A DNA stretch of 32,000 nt, taken from positions 870,001 to 902,000 of the forward strand of contig JAIZWK010000001.1 of the NCBI GenBank assembly GCA_021498095.1, in the 5' to 3' direction. The position numbers were made by a program, and so were the translations under genes. This document shows positions 17,660 through 25,114 of this stretch, piece by piece. The notes below the pieces were generated by a model. It was not told the origin of the DNA, ran no database searches, and saw only the letters and a program-made list of their open reading frames with translations. The stretch comes from Candidatus Harpocratesius repetitus (lineage in GTDB: Archaea > Asgardarchaeota > Lokiarchaeia > Sigyniarchaeales > Promethearchaeaceae). Numbering within the stretch: the stretch's first letter is position 1; each line of letters begins with the position of its first letter.

Positions 17660-17723
17660 AATGATCACATAACGAGCACAAGCGCATTTGACCCGGGAAT
17701 AAGGGTTTATCGCACTTGGTCGT

Positions 17724-17758
17724 ATGTTGATCAACATTGCATAATATAAATTTTTTTT
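17724..17758 (-). promoter_or_regulatory. rpl2 promoter: A-run + TTTATA box, followed by a perfect 14-bp palindrome ATGTTGATCAACAT
   Basis: TTTATA at 17750-17745 on the minus strand, preceded by A8. The palindrome at 17724-17737 lies between the TATA box and the predicted start site (~17722). Confidence 0.6.
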
Positions 17759-17807
17759 GAATTCGAAGCATCTAAAAACTAATAATAAAAACCAAGAAGA
17801 AAAAAAA

Positions 17808-19040
17808 TTACCAGACCTTCACTTTGCCCTCTAGCAATTCTTGACGTAAAGTTAAGTAATCATCTAATTCTTCCTGCAAAATATCTTTAGCTCGACGACT
17901 TATGATGTCAAAATTCACATTAGATGCTGGAATTAACTCGATATCCCCCATCCAAGGTTTATTTATAGGATGACCTATTTGACTGAGAATTCGTATTTGA
18001 CATTCTACTACATCACCTTGCAATTCTGCAATTATTTTTCGAGCCGCGCGGTTGGCTACTAAAGAATATAATTTTCCAACGTGGTTGTTACTATTTTTCC
18101 CAGCCGCAGCTTCTAAAGTCTGAACTCTTCCAGGCGTTATCAAGCCATTTGCTCGATTACCTCTTCCTACTTGACCGTCATCTCCCGCTTCTGCACTTGT
18201 ACCGGTGATTGTAAGATAAAGAATATCCTTTTCCAAAATATCTCCTGTATTCACAGAAGCTCGCACTTCATGATCGCACGATATACCACTACAAACGTCA
18301 AGAGCCGCTTCGCGCACCATTTCAACAGCATTGATATATTCTGATTTATCATGCACATATTTAGAGACCATAGCATTACAAATTGTTAATTCAATTTTAT
18401 CTCCATTACGTAGCCCCATTACTTTGATATCTTCACCAGAAGCTGGACATTTATCTTTAAATGCATCAGAATTCAAATACTGTTCTACATCATATACCAT
18501 TTGTTCTGTCGGGGAAAAAGGGGCAAATCCTACCCCAAAACTTGTATCATTTGCTAAAGGAACAGTATCTGATCCTACATTATATAATCCAGTTAGATCG
18601 ATTGATCCACTTTTTGTGCGTGAATCAATTATCACATCTCGATTTATATCAATATTACGGAAGGTGGAGAGAAAGACATCTTTAATTGTTTTTCGAAGTA
18701 ATGCCCGTACTGGAACTCTATGTATTTTTCCATCAATTAAAACAGTATCTATTGCCCGACCGATAATTTCAAACTCTTGTGGTTGGAGGATTATGCCTCC
18801 TCCAAATTCTGGAATTGCTTGACCCGCAACATAGGCCGCTTTATCTACATTAAGATGGAAATATTGGCCGAATTCATCTAAATAGTATTTTGTCAAAGCA
18901 CGTGAGCAAGCTTCAGCAGCTTCATCAGCTACAGAATCAGGATGACCTTTCCCTTTTCGTTCTACCATTTCTGGAAAGTCACTTTGTCCAACTGGAAGTC
19001 GGGATGATTTTGTTACATGTAACATTTTTTTCATTTCCAA
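17808..19040 (-). CDS. mat: Archaeal-type S-adenosylmethionine synthetase
   Basis: EMVERKGKGHPDS, ANDTSFGVG, GEDIKVMG, TGTSAEAGDDGQVGRGNR and GKN...HVGKLY motifs. The start may be ATG 19034 or 19025. Confidence 0.95.
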   Translation of the reverse strand: MEMKKMLHVTKSSRLPVGQSDFPEMVERKGKGHPDSVADEAAEACSRALTKYYLDEFGQYFHLNVDKAAYVAGQAIPEFGGGIILQPQEFEIIGRAIDTVLIDGKIHRVPVRALLRKTIKDVFLSTFRNIDINRDVIIDSRTKSGSIDLTGLYNVGSDTVPLANDTSFGVGFAPFSPTEQMVYDVEQYLNSDAFKDKCPASGEDIKVMGLRNGDKIELTICNAMVSKYVHDKSEYINAVEMVREAALDVCSGISCDHEVRASVNTGDILEKDILYLTITGTSAEAGDDGQVGRGNRANGLITPGRVQTLEAAAGKNSNNHVGKLYSLVANRAARKIIAELQGDVVECQIRILSQIGHPINKPWMGDIELIPASNVNFDIISRRAKDILQEELDDYLTLRQELLEGKVKVW

Positions 19041-19531
19041 AAAGCAAAAATCATTTTCTTTGTAAAGGTATCGTTGGTGTTAGAAATGAAGAAAATCATC
19101 TTTATCCATCTCTATACATCCAAAATACAATATTTGATAAAATAAATGAAGAATTATATTTGAATCTTGTTCATGCCTATCGGGAATATTCGAAATGATA
19201 AAGAACTTCAGATAATATGGGCATATTTTGATGAGAAATACGTGAATGTGTATTAATTGGTAATTTTTTTTGTTTTTTTTTTGCATATGTATTTCTAACT
19301 TTTTTGATTGATATTCATATTTGGAATTTTTTCTCGATATAAATTACTTATTATAAATTAATAAACCACATCTCTAACTCTCTTTAAAAATAAAAAATTG
19401 GGTGATTAGTATAATGATGATAATGGGATAACATAACTAAAAGATCCTGTAATATCTGAATTAAAGATGTTTGTTTTCCATTGTCAAAAGATTCTCAAAA
19501 TTGATTTTTTTCCTATATAAAAAATTATAGA

Positions 19532-19906
19532 ATGGAAGGTGAACTGAATACGGAAGATTCAGAAACAATTCTCGGATGGATGAAAATAAATGAACGACGT
19601 TTTCTCAAATCAACTTCTCGAATATTCGATTCAAACGATTCAAATAATGTTTTGAAAAGTGATAATGAATCGTTATCAATACAAAAGATTAATAATTCAA
19701 ATCTTTCTAAAAATCAATTACTAAATCCACAAACTTCTTTAGATCGCTTTATTCCTTCAAATATGATAAGTAGTAGACAAAGCAATTCTATGCATATTAA
19801 TAAGCAAGAAAAAATAACATCCTCATTGTTTGATGATCAATTCAGTCTTTCAGATTTCCGTCAGCTAACAAACCAATGGAAACGGAAAAATTCAATTGCT
19901 TCTTAA
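19532..19906 (+). CDS. Hypothetical, largely low-complexity Ser/Asn-rich protein
   Basis: 124-codon free-standing ORF in an AT-rich gap. No family recognised. Confidence 0.6.
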   Translation: MEGELNTEDSETILGWMKINERRFLKSTSRIFDSNDSNNVLKSDNESLSIQKINNSNLSKNQLLNPQTSLDRFIPSNMISSRQSNSMHINKQEKITSSLFDDQFSLSDFRQLTNQWKRKNSIAS

Positions 19907-20429
19907 TTAATTCTTTTTTGTAAAATGATTGATTATCAAAAATTAAAAATAAATTGAGGGTATTTTAAATTTCAAAGATTCGAAGTTTTTCATTTCATCA
20001 TATTAATTCTCCCGACTCAAATCTAAAATATCCTTCCTTATTTTTTGTCGATTTTACCAAGGTGCCAAATTTAAGATATGTAATTCAAAAATTATAATAA
20101 AATCGACTTCAGATTGAAGAATTTATAAACAGGATGGTAAATTTTTAATAAATTTTTTGAAAAAATCGAGTTCGACAAAAAAAGAATTGCGATATTTCAG
20201 ATTTAAGTCGGAAATATATAAATGATATTCAAAAAAGCGTTTAAATTAAAAAAGATAAAATATCCTCAAATAGATGAGATTTTATTTATAAGTCACTTTT
20301 TTTTTTTGTAGACATCTTAGTCTATTTTGATTTGGGAATCCTTTACGATTTATTTTAAGATTTATTTATTTCATTTATAAATTTTTAAAAAGAAATTTTT
20401 TTAAATTTTAAAGCTAATCTCGAAGTAAC

Positions 20430-21692
20430 ATGCCAGCTCAAAAGAAAACAACGAAGAAAACATCGTCGAAGAAAACAGTTAAAAAATCAACAAAGAAATC
20501 TACATCAAAAAAAACTGTGAAAAAAACGACGACGAAATCTTCAAAAAAAAAAACATCAAAAAAACCAACGAAATCTTCTACGAAGAAGTCTGTTTCAAAG
20601 ACAGAATCTAAGAAAAAAACAGTTGAAAAACCAGAAGAAAAATTAGTAGAAAAAAAAGAAGAAAAAAAAGTATCTAAAAAACCAACGAAATCTTCTACGA
20701 AGAAGTCTGTTTCAAAGACAGAATCTAAGAAAAAAACAGTTGAAAAACCAGAAGAAAAATTAGTAGAAAAAAAAGAAGAAAAAACAGTATCTAAAAAAGA
20801 AGTAAAGAAAGATGTGAAAAAAGAAGTGAAGGTAAAACCCGCTGAAAAAACAGCCGCTCCTGACAAAGGATCGACTCTTGCTACAAAGACTGAAACAGTT
20901 TCGAAGGAAGAACCAAATAAATTTCAACAAACTTGGGATAAAGTGAAAACTTCTGTAGCTATGATCCCAACTGGAATTGAAGAACAGCAGAATAAACTGA
21001 AAATTACTACCTCAAAATTATTTGCTCTTACAGGTGCATTATTTGCTTTTTTTGAAGGAAGAACTCTATTTTTGACCTATGCTTCTAGTTCTCTGTTTAC
21101 TGTCATTGTAGGTGCATTTGGTATGTTAGTTGGATTGTTCCTGATCACCACCATTCTTGCTGATTTAATATTAGCAATGAAAGCAATTCAAGGTAAAATT
21201 CCCTATGAATGGTATATATTACTCTTGAGTGGTATTTTATTAACATTGTTGAATAGTATAGCATCTGGAGGGATGAATCTTACATTAGTGTTGAATAATG
21301 AGGTGATCGGAAGAAGTTTCGTGATAATCGGTGGAGTTCTTCTAATGATTGGTGGTATAATTTTGCTTCTAGAAGGATTGAAAATAAAGAAAATGCCGAA
21401 TGCAAAAACCATGGTTACATTATTTGGAATCGTTATAGGGTTGTATGAAACTGTGATGGTTGTTGTAGTTTCCTTTACAAATATATGGGCATGGATTACT
21501 GCATTTATCATGCTAGTCTTGTTGACTATTCTCTTTTTCGCTACCGAACTTATTAAATTACCAGAGAAAATCCGTCCACCTCTAACTTGGTGGGTTACGC
21601 TCTCAATTGGAATTGCCATGTATTTCTTCGGTTTTCAGCTCAGCGGAATTGTAATTCTACATGTTTTTCTACTGATACTTATAGATTTATAG
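20430..21692 (+). CDS. Polytopic membrane protein with a long Lys/Ser/Thr/Glu-rich N-terminal tail
   Basis: About 170 aa of KKT/KKS/EEK low-complexity sequence, followed by about 8 hydrophobic segments. Confidence 0.85.
   Translation: MPAQKKTTKKTSSKKTVKKSTKKSTSKKTVKKTTTKSSKKKTSKKPTKSSTKKSVSKTESKKKTVEKPEEKLVEKKEEKKVSKKPTKSSTKKSVSKTESKKKTVEKPEEKLVEKKEEKTVSKKEVKKDVKKEVKVKPAEKTAAPDKGSTLATKTETVSKEEPNKFQQTWDKVKTSVAMIPTGIEEQQNKLKITTSKLFALTGALFAFFEGRTLFLTYASSSLFTVIVGAFGMLVGLFLITTILADLILAMKAIQGKIPYEWYILLLSGILLTLLNSIASGGMNLTLVLNNEVIGRSFVIIGGVLLMIGGIILLLEGLKIKKMPNAKTMVTLFGIVIGLYETVMVVVVSFTNIWAWITAFIMLVLLTILFFATELIKLPEKIRPPLTWWVTLSIGIAMYFFGFQLSGIVILHVFLLILIDL
20559..20798 (+). repeat. Coding tandem repeat, 117 nt x2 (39 aa)
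   Basis: aaaaaaccaacgaaatcttctacgaag... starts at 20559 and 20676, with a single mismatch (aaa/aca) over the unit. Confidence 0.93.
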
Positions 21693-21771
21693 ATAGTAAA
21701 TTGATTTTTTATTTTTGTTATTATTTTTTCATTCTGATCGACAAATTTCAAATTTGGATGGAATAAAGAGA

Positions 21772-22449
21772 TCAATTTTCTAGTGAAGAAAAGAAATTGA
21801 TACCTAATCTTTTAAAAATACGGCGAAACATTTCAGAAAGTGAGGTTGGGGCAACTTGGAGTCGTTTTGCCAGTAGCGAGAGAGAAATTTTCCGTGGAAT
21901 CTCAAAATAACCCAAATCTAATGCTGTTTTTAGTACTTGTTCTTGTTTATACGTCAAAACTGGGTTTGTAATAAATCGACCAATGTGTTTAATCGAATAT
22001 GGGACGCTGTGTACTTCAAATTCATCGAATAAATGATCAACTTTACTTCTTTCAGCAATAAGATCAACAAAAATTTGATTTGATTGAACTACAATTGGAT
22101 ATTTCAAGATCAAATTCGTTTTAATAATTGTGAGCAAAAACCATGGATCTTCCATTTGGAAATTTAGAAGCAGCCGATCCGTCATTTCATATAACACAGT
22201 ATATTGGTTTTTTGGGATAATTTGTGCAATTATTTTTCGAAATCGTTCAAGATTTCTTCCTTTTACTTCTATTAAACTAATTCCCTTGTTCTCTGGGAGT
22301 GGCAATAATGATTGAAGATTGAATTGAAATCTTGGAAATTCTTTACTTAATTTAGAAAGGATTTTTCCTTCAGGGATTTGAAATTTAAATTTGGCATGAA
22401 CTATATTGTTGTTTATAGCCATAATAATAGTAAATAGAAAAAACCTCAT
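21772..22449 (-). CDS. Bacterio-opsin-activator-type HTH (HTH_10) transcriptional regulator
   Basis: C-terminal LTYKQEQVLKTALDLGYFEIPRKISLSLLAKRLQVAPTSLSEMFRR. The likely start is ATG 22422. Confidence 0.88.
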   Translation of the reverse strand: MRFFLFTIIMAINNNIVHAKFKFQIPEGKILSKLSKEFPRFQFNLQSLLPLPENKGISLIEVKGRNLERFRKIIAQIIPKNQYTVLYEMTDRLLLNFQMEDPWFLLTIIKTNLILKYPIVVQSNQIFVDLIAERSKVDHLFDEFEVHSVPYSIKHIGRFITNPVLTYKQEQVLKTALDLGYFEIPRKISLSLLAKRLQVAPTSLSEMFRRIFKRLGINFFSSLEN

Positions 22450-22501
22450 ATATAAGGTTATAGATTTATTACTCCTATCTCATTGATATTGATACCTATT
22501 T

Positions 22502-23011
22502 GTGATTATTATGGCATCTCCTATTATGTTCGGTATAGTTTCCTCTTTCCATGATCTTTTCTCCGCTGTATGGATTGGAGGATTAATTATTATGGCTTTA
22601 ATCGTACTTCCACTATTAAAGCAACAAATGATGGCTTCAAAAAAGCAAGAAAATGGAAGTAAACCCGTTATGGGAAAAGTAAATCCATTAATGGCGTTTC
22701 AAAAGCGATTGCAAATTGCGGTATGGATCTCAATGATTGGACTTCTTATTACAGGATTATTACTGTCAAGAGCTGCAAAATTAAGTCCAGTTCCTGTTAC
22801 AAGCACATATTCTACTTTATTATTAATAAAACACGTTATATATGGAGTTATGATTGCAGTTGGGCTGTTACGAGGACGTTTACTCCAATCATCATTATCT
22901 AATTCTAATCCAAAAACTCAAAAACTCGCCTATTTACTTGTTTATATAAATTTTGGATTAGGGATTATCACGATTTTCTTAAGTGGAATTTTACCTGTAA
23001 TCAAATTTTAA
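22502..23011 (+). CDS. CopD-like 4-TM membrane protein
   Basis: HDLFSAVWIGGL resembles the CopD H..A.A.W.GG motif. LLLIKH and four hydrophobic helices are present. The likely start is ATG 22511. Confidence 0.6.
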   Translation: MIIMASPIMFGIVSSFHDLFSAVWIGGLIIMALIVLPLLKQQMMASKKQENGSKPVMGKVNPLMAFQKRLQIAVWISMIGLLITGLLLSRAAKLSPVPVTSTYSTLLLIKHVIYGVMIAVGLLRGRLLQSSLSNSNPKTQKLAYLLVYINFGLGIITIFLSGILPVIKF

Positions 23012-23041
23012 GAAACTATTTAATTTTTTTTTTCTTTTCTT

Positions 23042-23509
23042 TTAGATATCAAATACTATTTTAATATCAGTGCGGGATTCCGTTTCATGAATTTCCAAAT
23101 AAGAATAGGTGATTGCTTTGACTTCTGTATCCGGTTCATGCTTTTCGGGATTGAAAATCTCCCCCCAAGCAGTCGCATGTGCACGTAAGTGTCCATTGTC
23201 ACGTTTTTCTATCGGATCAATTTGAATACGCTTAATGATAACTCCTTCTGTATCAAACAGGAAAAGAAATTCTGATAAAAAGGCAATGAGCAGAGAACCT
23301 TTCGTTTCATCTTCAATATCAATATCAAACTGTTGAAGTGGTTCAATCTGGGAAGGATCCATCATGGTTTCCATCAAGCTATATAAACACTGTTCCATCG
23401 CCTGAGAAAATGATTGTCCCCAAGCATGCACCCAAACATCGGCAGGATGATCTAGAAATTCAAAACCTGCTTCAGTCGAATCGCTGGTAGAAAGAAAAGG
23501 TTCACACAT
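23042..23509 (-). CDS. Archease (RtcB cofactor family)
   Basis: FEFLDHPADV N-terminal motif, LIAFLSEFLF, EVKAITY and C-terminal IVFDI. Confidence 0.93.
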   Translation of the reverse strand: MCEPFLSTSDSTEAGFEFLDHPADVWVHAWGQSFSQAMEQCLYSLMETMMDPSQIEPLQQFDIDIEDETKGSLLIAFLSEFLFLFDTEGVIIKRIQIDPIEKRDNGHLRAHATAWGEIFNPEKHEPDTEVKAITYSYLEIHETESRTDIKIVFDI

Positions 23510-23700
23510 TATTAATTTATAATAGATTTAGATGATGAAAAAACTTAATCATTTGATCATTTACATATGATAATTTTTTACTGATCAAGTTTGATCAAAA
23601 ATTTTTTTGCTGTTGATAAGTTTCTAATAAGAATTAATCACAATTTTATGCAGATTAAGAATTCGCATGATTTTTTTGGGGATGACACCTTCTTTATCCT

Positions 23701-24501
23701 ATGAAAAATCGAAAAGTGTTTGTGCTTAATCCTTCCCACTCCAGACGATTAATTGCGAAAAGTATTATACATTTGCCCCAAATTCAGCAAGCTTTGACTG
23801 AAGGAAGGATTTATATCAGTAGGGGATCAACTAATGCATACGTGCTTGAAGAATTGCTTAATTTCCTAACAATTTCTCGTGAATTTAATAAAGGTGATTT
23901 TGTTGCAGGACAAATTATTCCTGGTGGTTCTGGACATTTCGCAAAATGGTGGGTAAATAAAGGAAACCGAATAGATGAAGTTCTATTCGTAAAAGGTAAA
24001 CCCATTGAATTTGAAGATCGAGTTAAGGAAATCCGTAAATTCACTCAAGGAGATATTTTTATTAAAGGCGCAAATGCTTTAGATCTACATGGAATTCCTG
24101 CAGTATTAGCAGGTGGTAAAGATGGTGGAACTATCGGTACTTTACAAGGCATTATTCAAGCAAAGGGAATAGAACTTATCTGTCCTATTGGTTTAGAAAA
24201 ATTGGTTTTTCATAACGTTAACGAAACTCAATTACTGATGGGTACTGAAAACATGGATAAACCAGCCGAAGGTATTCCATGTGGATTAATTCCGATGCCG
24301 TTTGCTACCGTCATCACTGAAATCGAAGCGTTGGAAACCATTTTTGAATGTGAAGTTTATCATGTCGCTTCTGGTGGTGTTGGTGGGGCAGAAGGCAGTA
24401 TAAGCTTGTTGGTAGATGCTTATGATGATGCTGAAATGAAAAGAATAAATAGCTTTATGGAAGAAATTGCCCGCGAATCTCAATATCAACCAAACCTATA
24501 A
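23701..24501 (+). CDS. Conserved hypothetical protein, possibly NagB/RpiA/CoA-transferase-like fold
   Basis: Globular enzyme-like ORF with GSTNAY, FIKGANALD, GGTIG and PIGLEK. The fold call is inference only. Confidence 0.6.
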   Translation: MKNRKVFVLNPSHSRRLIAKSIIHLPQIQQALTEGRIYISRGSTNAYVLEELLNFLTISREFNKGDFVAGQIIPGGSGHFAKWWVNKGNRIDEVLFVKGKPIEFEDRVKEIRKFTQGDIFIKGANALDLHGIPAVLAGGKDGGTIGTLQGIIQAKGIELICPIGLEKLVFHNVNETQLLMGTENMDKPAEGIPCGLIPMPFATVITEIEALETIFECEVYHVASGGVGGAEGSISLLVDAYDDAEMKRINSFMEEIARESQYQPNL

Positions 24502-24885
24502 TTTGCAAACCAAAAATGACGAGCTTTTGCTTTAAGATTTGAGAAATCAAAAAACCAATCAATTTCTTTTGTTGATTGAGCATTTGTTAAATTATCTTTG
24601 GAAGGAATCGACATTTCAATCTATATTATCTTTTTCATCTGTATTACTATATTATCCAGTTGAATCTTATGGAATGATATGGGAACAAATGGAAGAATAG
24701 GATTTTTTAGATACTTGATTAATGAATGAATTTGAATGAATAAAATATAGAAATACGTTGAAAATGATTTTCATACTCTTTTAAAAATAGTTTTACATCA
24801 AATAATATTAAATTACAAGATTGAACATACCTTAGATTATAATAAAACGATAATTTGGGCGAAAATATTCAAGAAAAAATGAAAT

Positions 24886-24996
24886 TGGCGCACGCGATGG
24901 TATTCGAAACCATGAAGGCGGATGCCTACTGGATCTCAAGTCCAGCGCCGTTTTGGTGGAAAGTATGTGTTTCCTCGACCACTTGGCTACGCGTGC
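24886..24996 (-). tRNA. tRNA-Ser (anticodon UGA), long variable arm, encoded CCA, 24-nt D-loop intron (24952-24975)
   Basis: Spliced: GCACGCG TA GCC AAGTGGTCG|AC GGC G CTGGA CT-TGA-GA TCCAG T AGGC ATCC GCCT TC ATGGT TTCGAAT ACCAT CGCGTGC G CCA (87 nt). The intron forms a bulge-helix-bulge. Confidence 0.93.
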
Positions 24997-25114
24997 TCGA
25001 AAATTTTGAAAAAATTATAAATCCTTAAAGTAAACTGCAAATTAATAAATATTGTACTTCTAAAAAATTTTTCGTATTTTTTAAAAATAAAAAAGAGGAG
25101 TCTTGATTGAAACA

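Noticed and set aside
17660-17737. 26-aa N-terminal extension of uL2 in the ORF track
   Set aside because: The canonical archaeal start MGRR is at 17659, and the TATA position implies transcription begins downstream of 17737.
16914-19286. Overlapping ORFs 16914-17342, 16986-17204, 18331-18822, 18461-18685, 18890-19198 and 19080-19286
   Set aside because: Most overlap rpl2 or mat in alternative frames. None shows a recognisable motif or convincing start signal.
20438-20866. Phe/Val-rich hydrophobic antisense ORF
   Set aside because: It is the reverse complement of the Lys-rich repeat and has no independent support.
16766-25114. Integrated element at either tRNA
   Set aside because: I saw no duplicated tRNA 3' end (att site), integrase or transposase, and the flanks are housekeeping genes.
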